Assembly: GCF_036971445.1 (NCBI RefSeq)
Contig: NC_091480.1
Coordinates: 96,534,001 to 96,598,000, forward strand
Direction of reading: 5' to 3'
Source: Narcine bancroftii
Lineage: Eukaryota
Length of the DNA stretch: 64,000 bases
Positions 1-11,530 of the stretch are shown piece by piece. The position numbers were made by a program, and so were the translations under genes. Numbering within the stretch: position 1 is the first letter of the stretch; every line of letters begins with the position of its first letter. Below the pieces are notes generated by a model. That model did not search any database. It had not been told where the DNA came from and saw only the letters and a list, made by a program, of their open reading frames with translations.

Positions 1-30
1 AAGGCTTCTGTGATTTCTGTTTTCATTATG

Positions 31-150
31 TGTCTGCCTGTCCAGCATCGGACTTGTCAGCCACAAACGAGCCTGCAGCTGTCGTGGACATTACCCCTCC
101 ATAAATCTTCGTCCGCGAAGCCAAGCCAGAGAGAGAGAGAGAGAGAGAAA
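31..150 (+). mobile_element. RTE-clade LINE 3' end with (GA)n tail
   Basis: Near-identical to the copies at 2351, 14930, 33294 and 56070 (...ccataaatcttcgtccgcgaagccaagcca + purine tail). Confidence 0.85.
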
Positions 151-539
151 GATGTTCTAATATAATGTATTTGTTTTTAATTTCTTTTTAAAATATTTTT
201 ATTAATTTGATTGAGAAATATTACATGTATACATTGATCAGATATTAATTAATTATATAGCTTTTATATAATACAATACAGAATATGATCACATATCCAT
301 TATACATTGTCTTATATAATTCTCAAAAAAAGTGAAATATCCTTGAGAATTGCACCTCGTATTCTAATACTGAGATGTACATTATGATTATCTAAATAGA
401 CCAATCTCTTCTAGTTATAAAAAAAATGAGGTCAAAAGAAAACACACCCATTCTAATCCAACCCCTCCCACTAAACAAAGTCACCAGCAAATAAATTGTA
501 AAGAATCAAGTCTTGGCTCTCGAACATCAGATAGAAACC

Positions 540-900
540 CACTAGAGCTCCCCTGCCTAAGTAATCAAATTATGATCATGGTCCATGAATGGGCCCCATG
601 TCTTGTCAAATTCACCCTTGATCTCTTTAACATTAGATCTAATTTTCTCCAAACTCAAGCAAGACACTAGATCCCGTAACCATTGCATGTGAGTCAGTCC
701 TCTGCTGTCTTTCCATCTTATCCAAATTGCTCATTTGGCCAGTATTGAGGTAAAGGCTACTATTCTTTTGAGTTAAGTTCAAGGAAATCTGCTTTTCTTG
801 AGAATAACCAAACAAAGCAATAAAGGATATGGTTCTAATTTAATCCTAAGAATCTGTGATAGAGTTTTAAAGAATTGTTCCCAATATTCTTGTAGTTCTG
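540..900 (-). mobile_element. Degenerate L1/Tx1-like LINE ORF2 C-terminal fragment
   Basis: The minus strand reads ...WK...THMQWLRDLVSCLSLEKIR...FDKTWGPF, which resembles fish L1 ORF2 ends. Confidence 0.55.
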
Positions 901-923
901 GACGTATTTGTTTTTAAAACTAG

Positions 924-1127
924 GGAAATTTGAAATTTTCAATGGATGGGGATTCCACTCTCATTGAGAGCAGTAAGTTGGTATCAGTGATTGCAGAGCT
1001 GCTCTCGACAAAGACTGATGCAGTAGAAAAGGCCTTGTTGTATCGTACTGTTGCTACAGGACGTGATGTGATTGACAAGCAACACACAGATCAGGAAGCC
1101 AGCTACGGACGGGATGCATTCGCCAAG
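924..1127 (+). CDS. MYO1D: Myosin-Id coding exon (1st in window; 204 nt; [10 protein letters not shown]...SYGRDAFAK)
   Basis: tag|GGA acceptor at 921-923 and AAG|gtaatg donor at 1128. The peptide matches the MYO1D motor sequence as I recall it ([43 protein letters not shown]). Confidence 0.96.
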
Positions 1128-1419
1128 GTAATGTAAGCCTTTCTTACAATAAGGATTTGAAAATTGTTTGTAACACCTAATGATTGTCTCTTTGCTAGAA
1201 GTATGCAACATTTTATTTGTTCCTTCAACGATGTTGAATAGCTGTGTAGAAGATCCTCAGTGAGTACATGCCAACTATTTCCATCCCATTATCCATGAAA
1301 ACTTGTATTAATATAACATCTATGTGATAATATGCTTAAAGGGAATTAAAATAAAGTATAACTAAAACCATGAACTAAGCAGTTCTTTAATTTATATCCC
1401 TCATAATTTAATTTTAATT

Positions 1420-1930
1420 TTTTAAAATTTAGTCATACAGCACAGTAACAGGCTCTTCTGCCCACGAGTCCGTGCCGCCCAATTTACACCCATTTAACCT
1501 TCAACCGCCAGTATGTTTCAAATGGTGGGAAAATCCAGAACCCGGGGCCATGGTTCGAGGATAATAGGCAAACCATTTAGGACCGAGATGAGGAGGAATT
1601 TCTTGACCCAGAGGGTGGTGAATCTGTGGAATTCATTGCCACAGAGGGCAGTGGAGGCAGGTTCATTAAATCTATTTAAGAGGGAATTAGATCTATTTCT
1701 TCAGTGTAAGGGTATTAAAGGTTACGGAGAGAAGGCGGGGCCGGGGTACTGAACTTTAAGATCAGCCATGATCTCGTTGAATGGCGGAGCAGGCTCGAAG
1801 GGCCGAATGACCTACTCCTGCTCCTATCTTCTATGTTTCTATGAAACCAGAACTCCCGGAGAAAACCCACGCAGACATAACTCCTTATGGACAGCGTGCG
1901 ATTCGAACCCCAATCCCGATCACTGGTGCT
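1420..1930 (-). mobile_element. tRNA-derived V-SINE (HE1-like), interrupted by a CR1 insertion
   Basis: Aligns by eye to the uninterrupted copies at 13060, 24645 and 34487 on both sides of 1531-1843. Confidence 0.8.
1531..1843 (+). mobile_element. CR1-type LINE 3' end (5'-truncated)
   Basis: The ORF reads TRGH...FLTQRVVNLWNSLP...FKRELD, the CR1 ORF2 C-terminus. It is followed by the 3' UTR stem and a ttctatg repeat tail. Confidence 0.88.
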
Positions 1931-2350
1931 GCTATATTAGGTCATTCGTCAGGTTCCTCTGTTCCAGGGAAGATAAACTCAGCCTATCCAATTTCTCCTT
2001 ATAAAATAATGCTCTAATCCAGGTTACGTCCCAGAAAATCTTCTCTGCAACCTCTCCTAAGCCACCGCATCCTCCTTGCGGTACTCCAGGTGTGGCCAAA
2101 TCAACATTTTAAAAAGATGTGACGTGGACATTTCAGTTCTTATTTTCTATACCATTGTCAAAAAAGGCCAGCATCCCATAATGCCTTCTTCCTTAGCATC
2201 TTAGTCAATTGTGCTGGCACTTTCAAATCTCCTCGGTTCAAAATTTCCTCAGGCCCTACAATTTACTGCTCGTGTCCTACCCTTGCTTACTTTCTCATCA
2301 GGATTAAATTCAATTTACCATTATACCACTCATCTTTCCAGCTCATCTAT

Positions 2351-2526
2351 AAGGCAAAGGAGGAAAAACCCAACACCCAACCCCAACCAACCAATTTTCC
2401 CTTGCAACCGCTGCAATCGTGTCTGCCTGTCCCGCATCGGACTGGTCAGCCACAAACGAGCCTGCAGCTGACGTGGACTTTTTACCCCCTCCATAAATCT
2501 TCGTCCGCGAAGCCAAGCCAAAGAAA
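2351..2526 (+). mobile_element. RTE-clade LINE 3' end, inserted in an old minus-strand CR1 relic
   Basis: Encodes FPCNRCNRVCLSRIGLVSHKRAC*, the C-terminal Zn-finger-like motif of RTE ORFs. Confidence 0.88.
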
Positions 2527-3391
2527 TATGTTTGCCTTGAGCGGCTTCCTTTGCTATCTACAGGACAGCCAATTTCATATAATCTGCAAACTTATCCCAA
2601 CTTGTACTGTCCAAATCATTCATGTCCATCATGAATATCGGGGATCCCAGGTTAAATCCTGTGATTCACCACAAGTCATAGATTACCATCAGAAAATAAA
2701 CTCTCAACCACCTTCCTCTGCTTCTATTATCAAGCCACTTTTGCATCCAATTTGCCTGCTGACCCTTGATCCCATAGACTCTCTCCCAGTAAATCAGCCT
2801 CCCACATGGGCCCTTATTAAAGGCCTTGCTAAAGTCTATATAGAAAATATTTCTCTACTCCTTAACATTCTTACCTTCTCAAAACGTTCAATCAAATTTG
2901 ATGATTTCCTGCAAATAAAGCCATGCGAACTGTTCTGATTTTATCCCTGCCTTTTCAAGTGAAGATAAATTCCAATGACTTCCTTATCGCTGATTTAAGA
3001 TTCACTGGCCTGTAGTTATCTGACTTAACCCTGCTACCCTTTTAAATAAAGGAAAGCATTTGCTGTCCTTCTGTAATCTGGTACTTAAACCATGGCAAAT
3101 GTATCTCAGAAGTGATCTCTAATTAAAAAGAGGAATGGAAATAGAAAAGCCTCTTCCAGATGCAAATCGGGAGAATGAATTATGACCAGCTGCTGTAGTT
3201 TTTTTGGTGTATTGTGGTCTGATTGAGTATTATCTGATTTTTCCCTCAACATATTGAGGCTAAATTAATTTAAGTTCATAAGAAAGATAACCATTAACAA
3301 ATAATTCATTGATTATCTCACTTGTCGGCAGAATCACAAATAGCAATGAGGTAGCGTACAGGAGGGAAATAGAGCAGCTCTTTGAGGGGTA

Positions 3392-3680
3392 AACACAGGA
3401 TTCTGTTGACACCGTGGTTAAGTGAAAAAACCCACAAATGCTGGAGAAACTCAGCAGGTCAAACAGTGCCTTTATGTCGCAAAGGTAAAGATACATCACC
3501 AACGTTTCGGGCTTGAACCCTTCATCGAGGTGTGGGGGACAAAAGGGACCTCTCTCTCGTGTTTCCCCCCACATCTTGATGAAGGGCTCAAGCCCGAAAC
3601 GTTGGTGATGTATCTTTACCTTTGCGACATAAAGGCACTGTTTGACCTGCTGAGTTTCTGCAGCATTTGTGGGTTTTTTT
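3392..3680. mobile_element. Palindromic Penelope-like terminal element with hammerhead motifs on both strands
   Basis: Inverted arms at ~3426-3540 and ~3563-3680. 17-bp target duplication cagctctttgag(g/t)ggta at 3375-3391 and 3681-3697. The same terminal sequence adjoins a Penelope GIY-YIG remnant at 31320-31640. Confidence 0.8.
3570..3610 (+). ncRNA. Minimal hammerhead ribozyme motif (Penelope-type, U3 variant)
   Basis: UUGAUGA - stem II gggc/tcaa/gccc - GAAA - palindromic ACGU - GUU. This fits the minimal HHRs described in Penelope-like elements. Activity is not shown. Confidence 0.6.
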
Positions 3681-4449
3681 CAGCTCTTTGAGTGGTATCA
3701 CACCAACAACCTTGTGCTCAATCTTAGCAAAACAAAGGAGATGATTGTGGACTTCAGGAGGAAGTCAGGGGAACACAGCCCACTCCTCATCAAGGGCTCA
3801 GTAGTGGAGAGGATCAAGAACTTCAAATTCCTGGGTGTCAACATCTCCGAGGATCTGTCCTGGAGCCTCCATGTTGATGCAATCACAAAAAAGGCTCACC
3901 AGCGGCTCTACTTTGTGAGGTGTTTGAGGAGATTCGGTATTTCACCGAAGACTTTTGAAAACCTTTACAGAGCATTCTGGCTGATTGCATCACTGCCTGG
4001 TATGGAGGCGCCATCTCTTAGGACAAGAAAAACTCCAGGGGGTTGTTAACTCGGCCTGCGACATCAGAGGGCACCAGACTTCACTCCATCGAGGACATCT
4101 ACATGAGGCTGTGTCTTAAAAAAAGCAGCCTCTATCCTCAAAGACCCTCGCCACCCAGGCCACACCCTCTTCACTCTGCTGCCATTGGGAAAAAGGAACA
4201 GGAGCCTAAAGACGAGCCCTCAGCAGCAAAGGGACAGCTTCTTCCCAGCTACCATCAGATTCCTGACTAATCAATGAACCAAAGACGCTGCCTTACTTCT
4301 CATGCACTATTAGTTTTTTTACAGTATTTGTTGTAGGATGGTTATAATATGAATGTTTGCCCTTTGACGCTGCCACAAAACACAGAATTTCATGACTTGT
4401 TCATGACAATAAATTCTGATTCCGACTTGTTTTTGCATTTGTATTGCAG

Positions 4450-4595
4450 GCAATATATGATCGCCTTTTCTGTTGGATTGTCAACCGAATCAACGATATT
4501 ATTGAAGTTAAGAATTATGATGCCAGAATCCATGGCAAAAATACAGTAATTGGTGTCTTGGATATCTATGGCTTTGAGATCTTTGACAACAACAG
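4450..4595 (+). CDS. MYO1D: Myosin-Id coding exon (146 nt; AIYDRLFCW...[16 protein letters not shown], switch II)
   Basis: ttgcag|GCA acceptor and AG|gtgtgc donor. Contains the myosin switch-II motif DIYGFE; phase 0 to 2 fits the neighbouring exons. Confidence 0.97.
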
Positions 4596-5183
4596 GTGTG
4601 CATTTAAAAAGACAATTTACAAGAAGCGTGTACACTATGGTCCTTGGAAAAACTGTGGGGGGGAAATATTTTGCTTTGAAAATCATTATCTGTAAGGTTA
4701 TTAGAGGCGGGGGGGAGGAGGAAATATTCTGTATTATAAAACAGACGTAAGAGTCTCTTTTCCCAATTCTGAGATACTTAAACTCTGATACAGTGAAATC
4801 CTGCCTTTGGGTATTGTCACACCAGACTACAAAGTGTTCAGATACTAAGTGGGAAGGTATTCTTCTGGTGAGCCAGTCCATGTATATTCTTTCTTAGTTC
4901 TAGAGTGACTGTCATCCGATCTGTGATTAATGTGAAACGATAAAAAGAGTATTTCCACGACCGTGTGGCCCAGTGGCATCAATGAAAGTGGAACAAATTT
5001 TAAAATGACTGATCTTGTCATCAGTTGGCACTCCATGCCAGTACAGGATCAAGAGAAACCATAGATAGGACAGCTATAAATTATTAAATTATGTGTCCCT
5101 GGACACATTAGAATTTTACAATCAACACAGAGGGTGATCCAGTTTGCTCTGACCCACATGACCAATTCATAGCATTTAAACTA

Positions 5184-5986
5184 CAGTACAACTCCGATTA
5201 TCCAAAATCTGATTCTCCAAAATCCTCATTTATCTACAAATTTTTAAAATTTCGGATAAATGAGGATATCAGAAATCATAATTTTTCCAAATTTTTTTTA
5301 GAGCTGAACTGAAGTCACAGGTTAGAAAAAAAAAAATTCACTCGACATGAAATTAGAACGACGATTGTCCTCGTTTCAGGTAACTCCCTCTCCTCTCTCT
5401 TTCCATTTCTTCTTTATTCTTCCCCATTGACTTTCCTCTCAAACTGCGTGCCAGCTGTCAGAAGAATCCCTTGCCCCAGCGGAGCGGGACCTCGGACTCA
5501 ATAGTGCTCCCTTCCCTCCTATTCCCTTCCCTCCCTCCTATTCCCTTCCCTCCCTCCCTCCCTCCTCGGCACACCGGAGCTCCTAACGCCAAACTCTCCC
5601 CTTGGCCTATTACCGCACATGCACACCGGAGTCGGGACTCGGGCGTCAGGAGCTCCGGTGTCCAGGGAGATAAGTCTCTGTTGACTCGCTAGTGAGTGTT
5701 CCACTGGCCTGGGAAGCCTCCCTGGGGATCAGCGGTTGGGAGGTCTCGGTGATCAGCAATGGGTGGTGGCATTGCAACCATCATTTTTTTTTTGTTGTAA
5801 GAATTAAACATTATTTTAATGCTTAAAAAGCCTTCTCTCTTTATTTGTTGTTGTTTAAACATTGATACAATTGATTTGGTGTTGCTGCTGGGCTGTTTTT
5901 TAAATGACCAGTTCTTTTGGAGGAAAAAAAATGTTTAACTGACATAGGCGCAGTCCCGAGCATTTCGGATAATCCAAGTTGTACTG
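5184..5986. mobile_element. Non-autonomous Tc1/mariner (Tigger/pogo-like) DNA element
   Basis: TIRs CAGTACAACTCCGATTATCC and GGATAATCCAAGTTGTACTG, flanked by TA on both sides; no transposase ORF. Confidence 0.82.
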
Positions 5987-7469
5987 TATGTACTTGTTCA
6001 TTGAGTTGATAGAAAGATTTTATTTTCCCGAATGCCATACTATGGTGACAAGTGTTCGTACAGTATCACAACCATTAAGTAAAATGTTATGGTATGAGGT
6101 ATATCTGCAACTCACCAAATATTGATTTGAATGATGAATTCCGCTTCATAAGTCCTCAGACAAATATCATTAGCCAAAGAAATCCAGCCACGTTCAGCCA
6201 GGCATCTGTCAATGCACATTGTCAACAAGTCCCAAAGAAATGCTTTTGATACCTTGTTCCAAATAATTAGACATCATTACAGTTTTGGAGTTGACAAAAT
6301 ATACACTGGACTGCCTGGTTTTCTCAACCAGTGTGGTTTAATAACCTGTGATTAATGGTATCATTAATACAGTGAGGGAGCCAACAGTGAAGGAAATGAC
6401 ACGTGGACTCTGTAGTCATCAACTTGGTCCACTTGTTTGTTCTAGAATATTTTCATTCATAATATTAAGCAAAAATGTGTTTGTGTGTCAATAAGAGAGA
6501 AATTACTGGCTTAGCAAGAGAATTCCTTTCCATTTAATATTTGTAGACTGATGTGACAATTTCCAAAGGCAGGAATTCACTGTATCTCAGAATTGGGGTA
6601 AGACTCTTTTGACTGGCGTAGACAATTGTTGTTAGAAGTTCTCAATGATTTGACCTGGTATTTTGCATTCCTTCTGCAAGCCCTCAAACTGCCCAGATTT
6701 ATTTTGATGTTGGGCAGGGATATTAGGGGGAAATGCTTAAATCTTTACCCAAGGGTGGTCTATTGATTTATTGAATACATATTTTAATTATTTCATCCCT
6801 TTCCTGAATGTTTTGTTGAATAAGCACTCATGGTCTTGCACTACATTTGGTGGTGAATATTTAGAAGGGTCTTTAGCAAACCCTGCAGTAGATTTAACAG
6901 CTATGTCTTTGGAGTTGGCACTCTTCCCAAGGTACAGCAGCCAGTCATGGAAACCTTTACACTAATCAGTTCCTTTTTTTCTCCTGTACATGATAAATTT
7001 TGAAAGGTTGACAGTTATTGGAAAATATGAAGATGTTGCAAATTTAAAATATAACCAGGAAATATTAATTGGATCATGTAGCATCTGTTGAGAGAAAAAC
7101 AAGAATTAATGTTTTGCGCCGATTATCTTTTGCTTTCGTGGTGACAGGTTGAGCCATGTAATGGCTATCTTACAGATCTAATCCCTGATCTGCTGCATAC
7201 AAAGTGAGCCTGCTTATGAAGCCCATAGCATTAAACTCTATAAACTTCAGCCTTTTATATTGCCTCATGTTTTTGGCAGCCAGAGGATAGATTTGGGTGC
7301 AGCATATACTGATATGGATTAGGATTAATCTCAAAGGCAAAATCTAAACTTTTCTCTGTACTTTCTTTTCTAAGATAGTAAAAAGGTTGATTTGGGGGGG
7401 GGGGGGGGGGAAACACAAAGTAGGTCATTTCAGGCGCAACAAATGTTAACTGTATTTTTGCTTCTGCAG

Positions 7470-7584
7470 CTTAGAACAGTTTTGCATCAACTATTGCAAT
7501 GAAAAATTACAACAGCTCTTCATTCAGCTTGTCCTGAAACAGGAACAGGAAGAATACCAGCGTGAAGGGATCCCGTGGAGACAT
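7470..7584 (+). CDS. MYO1D: Myosin-Id coding exon (115 nt; (S)[15 protein letters not shown]...EGIPWRH, relay helix)
   Basis: ctgcag|C acceptor and CAT|gtgagg donor. Contains [14 protein letters not shown]. Absent from the ORF track; read by hand. Confidence 0.96.
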
Positions 7585-8394
7585 GTGAGGGCAGAACGAG
7601 TTTATATCTGTTCATGCTTGTCTGATTGCAATCAGCCCCCCGAAACATAATGCCTGTGTGAGCTACTTATGCTTGTCAATGTCTTCCAAAGAATATTGCA
7701 GTAATGCTCTTTAGAAGGACATTTTATCTTAATTTTTTAATGATCAAGTACTTTATACTGATGAATTGTGCATAACTTCCATAACCATATTGATTTACTT
7801 AATTGCTTCCATCTAAATTGAATTAATCGGAGTTTCAGAGTATTTAAGCCTTTTGATATTGTGGTCCTAGAGATAAATTTAATCCTCTCACAAAAAAAAG
7901 ATCCATGTTCCAGAATATCATCAGGAATAGACAATTAGAGCTTTGGCACTGAACGATACTCATGGTTTTGAGATTTTTGTGAATTTTCCCAACATAAGAA
8001 GATGCAAATAATTTAATGATATGCGGTCCTTTGATTCAAAATGGGTTTGTATCCTTATCTGCAATGACCTCATACAAAAGAGATGTAGCAGATAACACAA
8101 GGAGCAGATTCGCCTTCTCCACCCCCAGCAACCGGATCCTAATTTAGGGGGGATTATAATTCAGTGACTTTTAATGTAGTTTTGTTTATAACCATATAAC
8201 CATTTACAGAGCGGAAACAGGCCGTGTTGGCCTTTCAAGTCCACACCGGTTCACTGATTTTGTGCGCCCTCTTCAGCCATTGGTGATTTGAAGTGTAGTG
8301 TATCTTTGAGAATTTTAGCATCTATCCTTAGGTACTCTGTACTTTGGATGTGAAATCTCATATTAAAATATTCAAAAACATTGGCTGTGTGGGA

Positions 8395-9225
8395 GAAGCC
8401 AGTGAGTGGCCGTGGACAATTACTTCTCAGACTGCAGGCCTTGGACTAGTGGTGTGCTGCAGGGATCGGTGCTGGGACCAGCGTAGCTTGTCATCTCGAT
8501 CCACAATCTGGACAACAATGTGGTGATTGGATCAGCAAGTTTGCAGACAATACTCAGATCAGAAGCATGGTGGACAGCAAGGAAGGTTTTCAAAGCTTGC
8601 AGAGGGGTCTGGACCAGCTGGAATAAACAGCAGATGGAATTTAACATGAACAACTGTGAGCTGTTGCGTTTTGAAGGACAAACCATGAAAAGACGGTGAA
8701 CGGTCGGACACTGAGGAGTGCAGTAGAACAGAGGGAACTGGGAAACTGCTGTCACAGGTGGATAGAGTTGTAAAGAGAGTTTTTGTCATATTGGCCTTCA
8801 TATATCAAAGTACTGAGTTTCAAAGTGTGGAGTTTACGGTGAAGCCAAAATTGGAGTCTTGTGTGCAGTTGTGATCACCTAACGACAGGGAAGATATCAA
8901 TAAGATTGAAAGAGAAAATTCACTAGGATGTTGCTCGGACTTCAGGAAATCATTTCCAAGGAAAGGTTTAACAGGTTAGGACTTTATTCCCTGGAGGGTA
9001 GAAAAATGAGTGATATTTAAAATTATGAGGTGGATAGACGGTAAACGTAGGTCAGCGTTATCCACTCAGAGACAAACCAGCAGATTTGGGATAAGAGTGA
9101 AATGGGAAAAGTTGAGAGGGAAAATTGGAAGAAATTTGTTCAGAGAGTAGAGGGAATGTGGAATGAGCTGCTGGGTGATGGTGAATGAGGAGTCAATTTT
9201 AATATTGAAGAATATGGACTGGTTA
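8395..9225 (+). mobile_element. Degenerate CR1 LINE fragment (RT to 3' region)
   Basis: Remnants of SGV.QGSVLGP, SKFAD, MEFN..CE and LYSLE motifs, with frameshifts. Confidence 0.75.
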
Positions 9226-9377
9226 TCTTCTGCACAATTAACGGAACTCTCAACTTTTCTTAAAACTCATCCCAAGCTCTCTACATGCAGCGGTATATTT
9301 GATCATTTTGATTTCTGCCACTATTATTGTCTAATCTGATTGTACGAATATCACCGGTTCTTCTCGCTCCTCTGCAG

Positions 9378-9548
9378 ATTGACTACTTCAACAATCAGAT
9401 CATTGTGGATTTGGTGGAGCAACAACACAAGGGGATCATTTCAATTCTTGACGATGCCTGCGTTAATGTGGGAAAAGTCACAGATAAGATGTTCTTGGAA
9501 GCCCTGAACACCAAACTGCAAAAACATGCTCATTTTTCCAGCCGGAAG
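9378..9548 (+). CDS. MYO1D: Myosin-Id coding exon (171 nt; [14 protein letters not shown]...HAHFSSRK)
   Basis: ctgcag|ATT acceptor and AAG|gtaatt donor; 57 codons, including [10 protein letters not shown]. Confidence 0.96.
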
Positions 9549-10208
9549 GTAATTGTTACTTGTAAAATAGATGAGAGGGTCAATGACTGTGAATAGTTGA
9601 CGTGTGTTCATGAGTTTTGGTAAAATGCCACAAGCAGAAATGAAGCCTAAAATCTTAAAGGGCAAAGATTTTTTTAAATGACAAGGAACTGAAAGAGCAG
9701 AATCATTTTCCCCCAGCCTCATTGACATAGGTTACAGGCCTGGATGAAAGGGGTCATAATTTCAAACTTTGCAGACAGTAGATTTTTTTATTTAGTTATC
9801 AACAAGTAGAGTTGACACATTCATAACTCCTGTCGTCCTCTATCAACACAATGTTTAATGTGACCTTGAATTGCTTTGTCATTCAGCCTCCACAGAATTG
9901 GGTTAGAGAGTTCCAAAAGTCATGGCCCCCTGAGAGAAATCAGACAGCGTGGAAATTGAGCCTTCACCCAACCCATCTGTGCTGACCCAATTTGCACAAC
10001 TAGGCGAGGTTCAATTTCCTCGTGCTTGGCCCATGTCTAACTAACCTTTTCCTATCCATGTTCTTGTCCAAACTTTTTTTAAATGTCATAATTATATCCA
10101 CCTCTACCATTTTCTCTCACTGGTCATTAAATGTTCACACCATTATCTATGTGAAAATGTCCCTTTCCCCCTATATTCTCTAATTTTAGACTCTCCAACC
10201 CTGGGTAG

Positions 10209-10587
10209 TGTTAGGTCTGCTTTGTTCATGAATGAGTGAGACAAACACCAGACTGAGTCGAAATCAGGGTTCTTTGTTCTTTATTACCGGATTGTAACAC
10301 TTGCGACTAAACATGTTAGTCGGAGAATGCATTCTGCCGTTATCAGTAAAATGGTGATTTTTTTATACCCTTGGATACGTGCTTAGAACATCATCATATC
10401 ATTACTTGTCCAATGACTAAAACTGTTGCTATCCTTTCCCTGCTAGCTTCCTGCCTCTCAATCCATCAATGTCTCTCTTATCTTGTAAGTACAAGGAAGC
10501 ATTCACATCTTGTTACAGCCCTGTCCATCTCCCAAACACTCCCTGTAACTCCTTACACATTCCCATCTCATGATGTTTTACCTTACA
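10209..10587 (-). mobile_element. Solo LTR (family A), inserted into a CR1 relic
   Basis: TG...CA ends; 4-bp TSD GTAG/GTAA; minus-strand TATAAAA and AATAAA (tttatt at 10280-10285). Near-identical inverted copy at 19264-19697. Confidence 0.85.
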
Positions 10588-11389
10588 GTAAAAGACTGTT
10601 ACTGTTCACCATTTTTAGGCAACTAATGTTTTTATAAACCTCTAAGGCCACCCCTCAGCCTCCGACATTCCAGGGGAAATTAAACTTCCATCCAGCTTAT
10701 TCAACTTCGTAGAATATCCTTGTGAATTTTCTGCTTTTTTCGTTCTTCCTTCTAAAGTGGATTATCTCCCATATCAACAAATTATCGTCCCCACCTCCAA
10801 AATTTTGCTGATCTCCTTGCAGCTCTTTTCCTCTTTGGCACAATGCAAATTTATTCTCAGCAATGTCAGGTGTCATCGAGTCAAGCCAGCCTCAGAAATG
10901 TTCTGAATAAATATAATGGGTCATGATTTTTCCAAGAATAACTGTGCATCGAGCACCACACAGAGAATATTGGTAACCTTTTAGACAATGTAAATTGTTT
11001 CTCTAAAAGGCACAGTAATTACAGCACCAACAATGCAATGTTTTAAGAAGACTTGTTTCCCTCCATTTGGATTGATGTATATTAGTGAGTTCAACACATG
11101 ATGCCATATTTTATAATTGCTGACTCCTTCAAGAGTTTTGATGTGTTTTGCATGAAAAATGTGAAGCTAAGGCCACCAACTACGTTCACTACGTATGAAA
11201 TTATAACAAATGCAACTATCCATTAGGTCATACTCTGAATACATTCAACAAAGTATGCCACAGTCTTTCAAAGAGCATGAGCCAAAATGATTGATGCAGC
11301 TTCTCAAAAATTGAAATGGTTGCTTTACCAAAAGACGGCTGTACAAGCTCAGAGCATTTCAGCCATACATTAAGGTTAAGGGAGATGCA

Positions 11390-11530
11390 AGAAGCTGGAA
11401 TCCGGAATAAGTAACAATTTGTTGGAGGAACTTGGCAAGTTGAGTGGCATCAGTGGGAGCAAAAGAATTGTTGACTCAAGGGCTCTGATGAAGGGTTCTG
11501 ACCTGAAATGTCGACAGTTCTTAGATTGTT
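11390..11530. mobile_element. Older Penelope-like terminal remnant with canonical hammerhead core
   Basis: ctgatga agggt tctg acct gaaa t gtc gac at ~11485-11515, preceded by an inverted ggaggaact...gcatcagtgggag segment. Confidence 0.55.

Larger units (their letters stand above)
3320..4430 (+). mobile_element. Rex1/Babar-like LINE 3' fragment (RT C-terminus and 3' UTR), interrupted at 3392-3680
   Basis: LNLSKTKEMIVDFRR...FKFLGV.I.EDLSW...KKAHQRLYF motifs; tail atgacaataaattctgatt. Confidence 0.8.

Noticed and set aside
4390-4881. 163-aa antisense ORF (also the one at 24206-24550)
   Set aside because: These are shadows of MYO1D exons on the opposite strand, with no independent coding signal.
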